Assembly (NCBI GenBank): GCA_030704615.1
Contig: CM060731.1
Coordinates: 15,438,001-15,502,000 of the forward strand
Reading direction: 5' to 3'
Length of the DNA: 64,000 bases
From: Takakia lepidozioides
Lineage: Eukaryota > Plantae > Bryophyta
The notes below the pieces were generated by a model, which saw only the letters and a program-made list of their open reading frames with translations, was not told the origin of the DNA and searched no databases. How positions within the stretch are numbered: the stretch's first letter is position 1; every line of letters begins with the position of its first letter. The position numbers and the translations under genes were made by a program. Below are positions 36,992 to 50,150 of the stretch, in pieces.

Positions 36992-39609
36992 AAAATGTTC
37001 AGCCATAGTCGTGAGGCAGCTCGGTGACAATGTAAATATCATGGGCCAGTGAATGTGTGAAATGTTCCACATCAAATATGTCTGCAAAAGAGCTGCACCA
37101 CCATCAGTCACTTTCTCTCTATCATTTATACGACCGTCTTCATTTCGCTCTGAAGAGCGGGGTTGCACTAGAGTGAAATGTTTCCACCAGCAAACAAGGA
37201 CCATCCACAGACATGGGGACATTCTGTTCAGTCCCCAGACGAAGGTGATGACTCGCTTTGTGTCGAAAAGAAAACAATGAGTGCTTTGGAGAATGTCGAG
37301 TTATATGAAGAGGGCGATGAGCTGGACGTGGAAATCGAAATTATGAACTCTTTGGAAAATTTACCTGACGTGCCGAATGCACATGAACCTCCGACAAATG
37401 GAGGCGTGGTCCCAGATGTGCAGTTGAATCAAATCAAAGCGTCGTCCAAAGAGCTACAAAGAAGCCAAAATTATCCAACCGGGGTGAATATGTACCCCAA
37501 ACGCCCGAGCCACGCTTAAGCGACTGTCCGAATACAAGTGGCAGCGTGCATTGGGCCCACATGGGCATTGCATGCCCCTTGAAAGTGGCTATAGCATGCG
37601 GGCCCACATAGCTACCGTATGCCCTGTGAAAATGGCAGGTGCATGTGGGGCCCACATGGAATTCATGCCAAGGAATGCTAGGGAAGGTTCTAGATCGGAG
37701 GTGACTTTGGCAAGGTATAGCCCAAAGTGGGAGCTCAGGCAAGGACCAAAGGGTGCAGGAGGATGAGGGTCCAGTAGGGTGGGTGATTTCAAAGGTGCGG
37801 GAGTGGGCCCAGGTCTACGTGCAGACAAGGAGATGGAAGGATTTTGGAAGACGGTGGTTTACTTGGGGTGGAAGGGTTGCTTGGTACTGTGCTGATCAGC
37901 ACGACATGACTTGAGGGATGTACTGTAAATAAGTGGCGTACTAGTTACTACTCATCCATGGGTGAGGTCTGTAGTCCCCTTGCTTAAGACACATGCGCTG
38001 TAAAGACTGTTGATATAACAACGAACCGACGAGGTTTTATGCCGACTTGTATTATTATTATGTCATGCTCTCCGTATTGAAGGCTAAATTTTCTGCTTGA
38101 AATTACATCTCCAACTGGGTGAAATGGTAGGGGACTCAAAACGTCCAATATTGGCCCGCGATGTGATTTGTAGGCCAGTGCATTCACATAGAAAATCTTT
38201 AGATCTGACCCACTTAACACAGCTGTACGGTTTCGAACTATCCAGCCCCAGACGGGAAAAGAGGTACGTGTAGGAGAGGAGGTATCCAACAACAGAAACA
38301 GGAATCAAGATGATAGATGAAAGTGAGGTCAGAAGGAGAGATGAACGGGACCAGCGTCCGGGAAATAATTTCAGTTGAACCAGCCAATGGCCCCTCATTC
38401 TGAGAACCAACCGGCTAAGTGGGTTGGGGAGTCGGTTGCTTCCCCTTAATGGTAACTGCAATAGTCAATTTCCTATGTGAACATACTCGGTAAATTTCCG
38501 AAGGTTTCAATTTTCACTCGGAAATCCTCGGAATCAGTCGGCTAGCATGTAACTAGCTGCCGGTTCTCCCCGTTGGTTGACGGGGACTCGGTGTGGAGTA
38601 CCAATGTAGAGGAAGCAGGTGAGTGGGACGAAAGTAGCTCTGAGGGAAAGAGGAGAGGAGAGCATCCATTTGTCAGATGGGGCGGGGGAGAACTCAGCCA
38701 GTGGCTAAGTCCCGTCCCGTCCCGTCCCCCCACCCCCAACTGGAACATGTGGAGCTCCCACTACCGGTCTTTTTCCTCTTCTCTCCTATGGTCCCTCGGT
38801 AGTATTACCAAAAACGCTAAACCTATAGCAGTAGCGGCCGCATATGGTTTTTCTTTGAGAAACCCTTGGTGAGATAGCTTAAATCAAAACTTTTCACCCC
38901 AAGTCTTGATAATTTGGGATTTTTCAGTTTAGCCCTTGTAAGAATAATTTCAGTACTGTAGAGGCAGCTCTATTTTGACGGACCCCTGCCGGAATCATAA
39001 AATACATGCAGGTCGCCAGGTTCGGCAGGCTTAATGACAATATTAATTATTTCGTTCAGGCTTCATCCAATTTTTCAAGAATTCCATACATGGGTATTTT
39101 TCATTAAATTAGGTGGGCCATGTCAAGATTCACTTAGAGTTGACATTCTTTGTGTCAAGTCATATTTATGGTTAGCCATAACTCTCTGGCAAGCCATAGT
39201 CATAGTTAGTGGTAAACATTTTTAATAAGTCTCAAACATTGTTTTTTTCTTTTCTTTTCCAAACTTAACGTTTAAGAATTAGCATATTGCTACCTTTGGT
39301 TTTCAAAGTTCATCTTTTTAAATGCAAATTATTCCCATATTTCGTCTACTCCCAAGGCAGAATTTTAAAATATTCATTCTCTCTTAAAGTGAATTAATTA
39401 AAAACGAAATAGAGCGACCTCTATGGTGGTCAAAGTTTCACCAAGCGAAATTTTCCATGGCTGAGGATGTTAAAGGTGACCTGAAGTCGAGACTCACAGC
39501 CCACTCTTCCGCCTATTATGGAATCTATGTTTATCGTGTATGGGGGTTACTTGCTCTTTATGTGATGTGATTAGTGCACATCTAAACAACTGAAAATAGT
39601 TTTGCAGGT

Positions 39610-40890
39610 TCTTTTTTTTTCAAGGCCTATGGAAGGGCCGGAATTTATATTAATAAATATGAGGAAAAAATAACCTCGGATTACAAGCCATGGAGGCTGA
39701 GGAAAGGGGACACCGCCCAGTGACCACAAAAACTAAGAAGGGCTATGGCACCTTAAGGAGGAAGGTCCATAGCAGGGGGAAATGTCAGAGTGCTAGACTA
39801 CATCGTTTCTACGCCTAGAAGAGTCAAACGAAAGTTGAGCCTTTGATTTTCCTTTTCGAGCGGTGCGCTTGTGACGCCGATTAACATCTGGCTCCTCAGT
39901 CCTCCGGGCGCTAACCGAACTGCCAACATGTCGGGAGGCCGTCGTGCCAAACAACCTTTGATTCAGAGGTTCGAGTGCAGAGACGCCCTCCTTTTCCCCC
40001 TTGTGTTATCAAAGCGAGGGAGTAGCTTCCTTCTCCGTCTTTCCGAGCATCTAGCAAAAGTTGCACCCAACACCCGCCGGGCTTTCCTTGCTTCAGACAT
40101 TACGTCTGAGTGAACTCTGAACAGCACCGCTTTTGCACAAGGCAGCACCCCCCCATACATAAGAGAAAATCTACCTTTCCAGATGTTCCACAAAGTGTGA
40201 CCCCGAAGGGCTGCCCAGACAGGGCACATGTCCCACAGCACACCCCCATGCAAGTTAAGCAAACAGATGGAGATATTCAGAGACAGATCCCTTCGCCAGA
40301 AAGCATAGAATTTGGAAACAGCTTTCCAAATGAATGATGCAAAGGGACATTCCACTAAGCAATGCTCAACAGATTCAATGCTGCCAAGGTGAGAGACTGA
40401 GTTTGGAGGCCGTCTTTTCTCCGAACGTCACCCCAGATGGCCTTCCAGTTGCTTGGGAGGGAGGGGAGATGACTCCAATTTGCAATCCATTTGGCGGTGA
40501 ATGCAATTGGAGGAGGCTGTACCCTAACTTAACAGTGTAACCAAAGAACGGGTGATGATCCTTTGACATCCAATTCCACTCTGCAGGATCGAACTGCAAA
40601 ATTTGCAGTGGTGCAGTTAAGAACCAGGTAAAGGTGTCCCCTTAATGAGCTACATTGACAGGCGGAATTGGACTGCATTTACCAGATTCACGACAAAGAC
40701 CTAGATGGCAACCAGGTGCTCTTCCACAGCCAGCGAAGCACGAGGGTTGAGGAGAATACCATCGTGGCCTACCGAGAAACGCCAACCAAGGACCTGCTGC
40801 ATTGAACGAGAAGTGGCATAAAAGGCAAATTGACTGGATTCCTCAGGACCACCACCGCCCAGCCAGGCTGGTAGCTGCCTGGGACAGGTT
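39610..40890 (-). mobile_element. 5'-truncated, decayed LINE (3' part), same family as 51.2-55.7 kb
   Basis: VWAALRGHTLWNIWKGR..DVMSEARKA..RRRKLLPRFDN matches VWESLRGISLWYIWKSR..DVMSEARKA..RRAQLIAAFDN at 54.7-54.9 kb. The two share the 3' UTR motif ttcctc.gcct..atggctt.gtaa..ggttattttttc..ttattaata, and this copy ends in an A-tract. Confidence 0.8.
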
Positions 40891-41977
40891 TGTGAGTGTC
40901 ACATTTTTTCACTATGAAATTAACTGAGGAATATGCAAAATATGCCTACTTTATGGGTTATCTGGGAATTTACCCAACCTCCTTTTCATCTTCTACCATC
41001 CAGTGCATGATGAACGCATGGCAAGTTCCTTGCAAAGAGGTCTTGCAAGTATGCGGAACTCGAGGTTCTAAGTTTTCCAAAGCTGAGAAAACCAAAACCA
41101 AAATAACCACAATGCATTGATATTCCCCACTAAATACCTGCTACCTGTCAGTTCAGCCTTGTGGAAGACTGCTGGGTGCTGATGGCGGTGCTGAACAAAC
41201 AGACCATGTTTTATCACCTCTTCTCTTTGAAACTTTGAGATGCCAAGTTTAATTCTGCCATTGTGCTCTATTGACACCACACTCATATTGTCTTATGACG
41301 TACAACTTCCAATCTACCACAAAGCTTTGCAGCTCTGCGTGCCTGCATCAAGATTGGGAACTTTAAATTGTGATCTATTTCCACTGACCAAAGGACCCCC
41401 AAGCTCAAACTTCCCTACAATGGCAGCTAGATGATGGACAAGGTAGGGGGAGAAATCAATTGCATTCATCAATCGTAGAGGACGCACTGCCTTAGGACAT
41501 CCTTTCATTGACACAGGCATCCACAAATCAACCTGATGACCTAAAAATGTGCGTTTCATATAATTGTCCTGAAAACTTTTCCACGTCAAGGCACCCGAGG
41601 CCATCAAGCTCCCAGGAAACAATAACTAAGCCAATTGCAAACCTTGAGGAAAAGATCAAGGTTGACCGACAATCATTCCACCTGAATGTGGACTGTTTGA
41701 AACCAAAGAGAGCCATGTGAATAATGAAGAACAGAATTCAAGACCTCACTTGTATTAATGAGACAAAACAGCTGGATTATCTCATAATCTGCCAGCACAT
41801 GTTCAGGTGGTACCACCATCCCGCTTCGCTTTAGTAGAGAAGCTCTCCAGTGTAAGCTAAAGCTAAAGCTTGATCTTCTGCTTGCAAAATCAACAATGCT
41901 ACAACAATTGTAGACTTAATGAGCTACAAACTTGCCAGACCAACGAAAAAATATGGTTGGAACAGACCGTCAAGACA

Positions 41978-44913
41978 CTACGATATCTGCATAGCCTCAG
42001 AATGGTAGCTCTCCAAGTCAGCATCCAAGTCTTCAGCACTCTTCTCTACAGCAGGGGCTCCCCGGCCACGACCGCTACCCCGACCTCTTCCACGCCCTCG
42101 GTAGCTGTTGACGCCACGCCTGCCTCCAACAAAACCGCGCCCGCGGTTTGCATTACTGCAGACATTTCAAATCTGTAAATTCTACAGTCTCTCCTATCTC
42201 CAGTTACAAAGACTAGAATGCATGTTTGCACTAGAGAGGAGCACCTTTAGAAGACTTGTCATAAAAGCATCACTAACATATTCCAGTGCTGACCCAACAA
42301 AGCCAAAGGATGGCTCACCCAGCGTTGACACCCATTAGCCAATGGCAGGCGTATGCAAACTCAACCAAATTAGAAACCCAAGACACAATAAGGATCAAAT
42401 CCCCCCCCCCTCCTTCAATTGGACAAAAGTTTTCCGTAGTTATCACCCTGATCCTGGAATGGCTCTCAAAAAGCATTCAGAGCCTTGCAATGAAAAGTTT
42501 GAACCTGACTGGGATTCATCTTTCCATCCCAGCATTTCCTGGCCCACAAGAAACTTATAGACTCCTTCAAGTACCTTAACACTTCACTGGGAAACAGATG
42601 CTTAACATGAAACTAATGCCATGTTGGTATCACCTTATTAAATTGTAATTACATAAACTCTTAAAAGGAAGGGGGGCCCCATGGCGACAAGCACCACTTA
42701 ACACAGCTCTGCATACATCCTATGGCAGCAGAAAGCAAAAAAGACTTCAATTCTCCACGGGAATCAAAGCACAAAACAGGAACATACCCTAGCATAAGCG
42801 GGCGCCCTCGGCCAGGATTGGGGAGTGTTCCGTTGGTAACTCGGACCACCCCAGTGTCTAGCGGAAGAGGAGAACTCAGATTGGTTCCAATCAGTTCTAT
42901 TTTCATGGCCTTCCCATCCAACTGCACATTGTTGTACCGCTTCAGTGCCGCAACAGCATCAGGTTTCCTGGAAAATACCACCTCGGCTGTGCCCTGTTTC
43001 TCCACAAGAGCACAAGTGAGAAATTCAATACTTCGACAACCTGATTATGTGGTATAACTGTTTCATAATATGACAGAACATGACACCCTACCAAATAGCT
43101 GTGATGACAAAGGGGGCTAAAATGTTTGCACACATTTCCGAGGAGTTCTAAAGCCTTGAATGGGGCTTCACAGGGATGGAACGACATGAAAGAGCCTGTT
43201 AACTTCCTGAGAAAGCTGATTGAGAGATAGCATGGCTCTCAACACCTACATACATTTCAGATGCCACCAAATCACTAATGTTGGTCTTGAGCACTGTAGG
43301 AGAGCCGACACACACATAACACCAGAAACCTTAGCTCCAAGGCAACTTGCAGGCCATGTAGAAGATGCAGACTTCAGAATGTAAACATCAAATTGGAACA
43401 AAAACACCATGAAACTTTCCACCCTCACCTTTGAGCGGCCACTTCGATCATAGTGGATGGAACAGCGCTTGAGATCCCCCACTTCCGCAAAGAGCTCCTG
43501 CGCCAAAACAGCCCCACCTTTGTCAGGCTACAGACAATTCAGCCCTCCCCTCCACGAAAATCTCAAAAGACAATCTGCCACTGAGATTTTGTGACATGCC
43601 AAGGGTAAACTTCTTTAAATATTAGACACAAGAGCTTGAATTTCAATGAGTACCATAAATATTCAGCTGTAGAGAAAGGCACCCTGGTTCACTGACTTAA
43701 GACACTGCCTACCAGTGACAAAACCAAAAGATCACTGGGAGTGCAAAGTGCTTTGGGGCGAATCTACATTATGATCACCTGCTAAACTACACGTGCTTTA
43801 GTAGGACTGGAGTGACAGGATGCTATGCAGGATAACTAGCAAAACAAACGAGTGGACACACCTCTCTACTAGGAGCAAGCACAAGAGAAATACTACATGA
43901 AGGCTGTAGGAAACGACGAACTAGCTTCATAAGCCACAACTGACCTTTATATCATCATTAGATACTCCATAGTCGAGATTAGAAATGTAAAGCTTAGTCC
44001 CTGTCTCAATCCCCACAGGTCTCAGAGGGGCCGGGGCAGCACCCATGGCACCGTCATACATATCATGCTGCCATGCAGCATCGGCAGCCTGGCGAATGGA
44101 CTGTTTCGAGCACCACCCATGGGACGATCAGCAAAGAGTCTCTCACACATTCACTGACTCATACAATCACAAACACACAATCACGCGGGTGCAGCACATA
44201 GAGCAAGGGTACTAGTGATGCTGATGCAGAAGAGTAGAGCCACATCCTGGGAACTATAGATATGGATACCTCCTCCCAGGATATGTGCGTCACAGCAGAG
44301 ATGATCAACCATAGGTATGTATGTGTAAGCGCTGACTGAAATCATCAAAGATGGCCCCCAGCAGTGCAGCCGAAGATGAACTACAAGAGAGCGTCAAACA
44401 CAAGAGCCGGCAGGCGAAGCACAGCACGTCCATAGGTCTCCCATAGATTGCTCTCTTCACTTTGCATCCACAAAAAACAACCCCTGCTCCCTTGTGCACC
44501 GACGTCTTCAAGAGTAGGCCCGCACCATTCCACATATCAACGCAAAGGCTTAAAAAAACGAAGGGACTCTCTGAGGATCTGTTCCTGAAAGATAGCTATT
44601 TCCCTGTGTCTAAATTTCTTTCAATCGAATGGATGGATGCTATACACGCTGTCTGGCATAAGCCAAGAAGAATTAATAGATGGAGGGATGCCGCTTGCTT
44701 GCTTGCCTTGGCTGTCGCGTAAGGATTAGCGCGAGCAATAGCCCGATTCATTTGTCTTCGGGCTGGCCCTGCTGCCTTGTTTCCACCGTAGCCACCAGGG
44801 TTGGTGCCCCCTCTGCGAGGGCCACTGCCCCTGCCGCCTCTCCCTCCACCTCGTCCGACCTGCTTGTTGTTCTTGATCAGATCGTCGAGTGACATATCCA
44901 GAGCACTGGTCAT
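41978..44913 (-). CDS. ALY: ALY/REF (THO complex subunit 4) mRNA export adaptor
   Basis: Exons 44707-44913 (MTSALDMSLDDLIK), 43945-44100 (WQHDMY..ETGTKLYISNLDYGVSNDDIK), 43429-43497 (ELFAEVGDLKRCSIHYDRSGRSK), 42788-42993 (GTAEVVF..YNNVQLDGKAMKIELIG) and 41978-42155 (RGG-rich, KSAEDLDADLESYH..*). Confidence 0.95.
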
Positions 44914-45811
44914 GATGCCTGTTCTATCCAACTAAGTTCCCCCCTCAAAACGCCGATGTTCCGGAGCAAAACGCAGTTGAATCCAAAGCAGGTGAAAACC
45001 CTAAAACAATGGAACTGTCAGAGAAAGGACAGGAGATGATTGTGAGCAGACGCTTGTGCCAAGAGTGCGAGGAAACCTCCAATAGATAGCGGCGAAGAAG
45101 CTAGCGAACCCCCCCTCAACAATCTGTGGGCGTATGTAAGAGCGGTAAAACACGAAAAGCGATAGCAGAGCCCCACCCTTTGAAGAGAAACTTCACAGAA
45201 AACAACTTGAACGTTCACAGACAATTCTTCTTTCGTGCCCAAGCGCCCGCAGGCGATGCGGACAGAGAGAGAAACTGATGGAAACACACCCAACGGCTAC
45301 AAATCCTTGCCAGTAAAAATCCCCATACAACGGCTTCCAGTTCCTCAAAGACACACCTTCTTGGTTGCTAGTATGACAGCGAAAGCAAACGCAGAGACAC
45401 ACAAGAGGCAAGACAAACACGCAGCGGTGGATGGCTATGGCGGCAGCACACAAGAGAACCGGTGCGCCCTCTCGCGCAAGAAGCAGTACGCCTTTGCACC
45501 GCTGCTGCCCCGTCTACCCATCCATCCATCCATCCATCCATCCATCGTGCCCCTCCTTTAGTAATGCTGTGGTGTATGATTTGTTCTCCCAGTTATATGG
45601 TCGCATTGTTTATAATTGGCAGCCAAGCGGGGGAAACTCTATTGAGGGGGTACCTACTTCCTAGTAGGCCGCACGTACTTGCTAGGCTTTTTTGTTAGCC
45701 CTTAAAGGCCCCCCCTCGTTGGGCAATTTCAGCCCCCAAAAAATAACTTCTGGCCAATTGACTGAGGCTACACACTACACACCTACCCTGTTACATCCAA
45801 CCATAAACATG

Positions 45812-45890
45812 TCAATAGTCGTAGCTCAGTTGGATAGTGCACTGAGTGCCACCCTCATGATTCTGGGGTCAAATCCTGCTCCCCTGACTG
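45812..45890 (+). mobile_element. tRNA-derived sequence (SINE head or tRNA pseudogene)
   Basis: A-box TAGCTCAGTTGG (45822-45833) and B-box-like GGGTCAAATCC at tRNA spacing, with a TGAG/CTCA anticodon-type stem. The acceptor stem does not pair. Confidence 0.55.
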
Positions 45891-46246
45891 GTGTGGTATG
45901 TTCTTCTCCCCCTTCCCTTGGGCGGTGTCCTATGGGGAAGCCTTCAGGGCGAGGTTTATTTTTTTTTGAAAAGGGAAACACCTGGGAGCGACGGCTCACA
46001 AATCAGGCCCCTTAGTGGCGAGGTTATTGTGAAAGAGGTTATTTTCTCCTCTCACTATTTGTGAGCTGTCCCTCCCAGGTCAGGTTTTCTTTTTTTTAAA
46101 GAAAATACATTTAAAAAAAGAAAAAATAAATGAAACTTACCAGATTGACCTTGCCTACCATGTACATCACTGAGCAAACTGTGGAGAAATTCACCCTAGG
46201 ACGTGCTTGGCCCATGGCATGCTTCTATAGGGTGATTCGTCCCAAC

Positions 46247-48946
46247 CAGTATTATACTGGTATTGTGTCTCTTCCCGGGTATCAATAGTAGGTATCAACA
46301 GGTTCTTCGAGTCAGGTAGGTGGGAGGTTGAATACTCAGGGCATACCATGGATTACGATTTGGGACTCACATTTGGTAGATCAAGCTACATTTGGGACTG
46401 TGTGTATATGTCATGTCATGTCGTCATTGATTGGGAGACTGCAACTGCTACTGAGGATGTAGAGCATGAGGAGGATGCCACAACAGTCGATGAGGCTGGA
46501 ATTAGGTGCTCTCTCAACTTTGGATACCATCATCACACAAGATCGTCAAGAGGCTGAAGTATCTTGGAGGTGTAAGTTTGAGGTGTTGAAACTGAACGCT
46601 AAGTTTTGGCTTCCCTATCACAGAAACTTTGTAGTTTGGGCTTTTTTCAGATTGAAAGATTTTTCCATGACTATTGATACTACGTGTGCTCAAACTATGA
46701 GATGCACACTCTGTCATCCCCATCAAGCAAAATCTTCTGCCTCTAACAAGACTACTCGATCCAGGAAATGCCAGCCCCTTGAACCTTGGATCTAACATGA
46801 GGGCCAACATATTGTGGGCCTTTCCTTGTCAAATCTCCCTGCAAATGCCAAGAAGGGGGCCAACACATTGATAGCTTGGCAAGCCATCGTGCATTTGAGA
46901 ATCTCATTTCAGAATCAAAGTCACCAGTACATCTGAGTGGAGGATGGCCCACCCCCGAAAGGGGGCAGTAGCCATGAGGCGAAGTGCTCTTAGTTACGCT
47001 GACCTCGGCCGGAGTCTCTGAGTGGAGGATTAGCACATGCCCCACAATTATAGAGAGTTTGCAATTCAACAAAAATAAACAAGGCAGCAGCTAAAGCATC
47101 ACTTAGCAACCAATACCCCCTTGTCTGGTTCAACACACAGTGCTTAACAACATGAGTCAAAGTTTGTATAATTGCCTTCGCAATTGCCCATGTCATGCTA
47201 GATGGCACCCTGCCCTGCAAAGTAAGGGACTACAGGCTATAATAGATGTTGATTGCATTAGCACATTGAAGAGTTTCTTGGAACAATACCACTTTTGACA
47301 CACATCGCGTCTTCACGGGAGTTTTCAGCTTACGGGTATGCAACCCAACCTCACTGCAAGCCTTATTCCACTCTCGTCTCCCCTACATGACTGTAGGGCT
47401 GATTGGGCATTTTTCAATGATATTTCTATCATCCCTTCACAAACATTGTCATGGTTGATTGCATACTGACATGCCCTGGACGTTACGCTCAAAGCAAGTG
47501 CCAGCATAGGCTTTTCCAGATCTAGCAACTTACAGCTCACTGTAGATTGTAAAGCCTTCTCAAGTGTGGTCAGATTTGAACCCTCATCTTTTACATATGC
47601 AAATATCTTGTCTTTCAACTGAAACTGCTCCAAGAGAGGTTTCACTATCTCAACCAATGCAAAACCAGATGTGTCTAGGGCTTCAAATAAACCAATGGTG
47701 ATGTGCCTCGGTTCCCAACAATCATCCATGAAGTTGACTATTAAGGCAATAGTATCAAATCCACATTGGGATATCCAGTACAAATCAAATGTGATGCTTT
47801 ATGTAGGACATGTTGCAATTGCATGGAGGACATATAACTGTTTCATTGTCTTCTCCAAAACAACAGGTATGTGCTATTGTGCAAGCTGCCTACGTGTTGG
47901 AAACACGACCTTGGGGTCCCGTCTCATTACAAGGCGCCGCATCCAACTACACTTGGTCCTCTTCTCCAGCCACACATCAAACCACAGAGAGGTTGGAAGA
48001 AAAAATTTCATCCGCATGATGATCGTGTCGTGCCAGTTCGGGATTGTGTGTTCTTACTATGTAGTAACAGATGTTTTTGGTGTTCTGCACCATGGTAATA
48101 CAGGACCCACTTCATATGAACATGCGACAGATTGCAAGCTCGCAGGTTGGCTATATTTACATTGTTGCCACAGTGTTAAACATTATAGATGTCGAGATTG
48201 TTCTTCCTTTCCTTACCCCTGCTACCTTAACTGAAGTCTATGTATTTTTTCTCTTTCTTAGTTTTATAACTTGGAGAACACTTTTTGCAAATGTTTCATA
48301 CCCCTTTGCAATGTACAAAACCAGATCCTCAATAAACTTGTGTTGTGGCAAATCACTCTTATTGTAGGATTTCTCATCCCCAAAGAAAGAGGTTGGCAGA
48401 TGGTTGCACTGCCTTCCGCTTCATGGTTTTGATCTACCAATCACAGAATGTCGATGGCAGGATTGACCCAAACTTTGCAGTGGTACCCGCAGGTTTGAGG
48501 TGCATGAGCTATGGTGGCCTTGGTGTTGGCCCCTCTGTTGTCGCGCTCTTCTCTTCCTCCTTGTTACAGGTGGTATCCTCGTCGTACTGTCTTCATGGCC
48601 TCCAAAGGGTTATTCTTTCCCTGTTTTTTTGCTGAACTTTTTTATGTGTTCCCTGGCTTCGGCCTTTTATTATTAATATGATTTAAAGGGCATCCATCCC
48701 CTTTTATTATTTGGAAAAATTAATATTGATACACGTAATGATATTAAATTGATGTTTAAAAAACAAAACCCCCATACTATTGATACCATATATTGTGCAT
48801 ATCTAAGGGAAATACTTATATCAGTATACTATTTGCAAATTTGTCATTCTGCAATACTTAGATTGATACTAGAGTTCAAAAACAAAACACCCCTCCAGAA
48901 CCAACCATGCCTGGTATATTAAAATGCTGATACCCGCACAACACTA
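46247..48946 (-). mobile_element. Decayed hAT DNA transposon with transposase remnants
   Basis: Perfect 8-bp TSD GTCCCAAC at 46239-46246 and 48947-48954. Imperfect TIRs CAGTATTATACTGGTATT and TAGTGTTGTGCGGGTATC. Transposase remnants FDTIALIVNF..HITIGLFEALDTSG..YVKDEGSNL, VLNQTRGYWLLSDAL and MLALMLDPRFKGL. Confidence 0.88.
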
Positions 48947-50150
48947 GTCCCAACCTGGGGTTTGGGGTATATGGTCATTCTGACCTTGAGTAAAAATATC
49001 ATTATTCGTATGTACAGCCTGGGGTACTGGTGTTGCTACAGAGCTATGGATGTGGTGTTTCTCTTGCATGTGTGACATTCGTAAGGACCTGTGTTGTTCA
49101 TCTACGTGTGCCTCTACCCTACTATAACAACGCACGCTGATTCCTGAGCTGCGCACCCCTAAGTTATTTGTGTATTTCGAGGAAAATATAACTTTATCCA
49201 GCACAAATCATGTCTTCACATGCCCAACCGTGGGCTCCCCACATAAAGGGTTAGCTCTATATGGCCCTCAGGCATGCTCCAATTTCATGGCCCATGTGTT
49301 TTTTTTTTAATCTACAGATAGGAGAATTCAATAGAATTTTCTGATTTCAATCCCAGAGGGTGGGCCATCTTGTGGTTGGAAGTTTAGTTGTAGTTGGAAC
49401 CATTAAAAATCATCAAAATTTGCAAAAAGTACATAGAAAAATCTACTTCCTCAAAACCCAACACGAAAAGAAAACAAGTGAAATCCATTTCAACCCATGT
49501 ACCTCTAAGCTCGCAAAGATGCAACATTGTATCCATACCAAAAAAACAAATGACGACGCTTCAAGTAGGTACTCCATCAACGCAAACAGTAGACGGTGCG
49601 TGCAGCACCCTTCCAACCCACACCCATCTCCCTTTATTGCCCGCCCTCACAACACTAATGATCACACCCGCTCACGTACCCCACGGAGTCATTGCCAACA
49701 ATGAAACCATGATAGTCAAAACGAATTCACATGAGTGAGGACACCATGAATATGATATAAGATAGAAATGCTCAGTGGTTCGTGGATCACATATTGTAAA
49801 TGAAAAGTCACATTGTCCTACGATGTGCCTCACGCCAACAAACGCCAAGGGACATGTTAGAGATATTCGACCCCAAGACCTACCCTACCAAACGTATGTG
49901 TGATACCATTACGCTAGCCACAAACACATGCAACAAATATGTTTTTTTATTATTTATCATGATCATTGTCGGAACTGCAGAAATTCCAAAAAGCTCGTCG
50001 GACCCCTTCTTGAAGAAAAAATAATTAGTCCGACAGGGTCCTAATGAATAGCATAGGCAAGTACGGTAGTCATCAAATATTTTGACATCCTATAGTAACA
50101 TAAAAATAAAACAATTTTTTCTTAGAGTGCAAACTCATTGAGAGCTTTAA

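Noticed and set aside
45815-45887. Functional tRNA gene
   Set aside because: The acceptor stem does not pair, the T-loop and anticodon loop deviate, and no isotype can be assigned.
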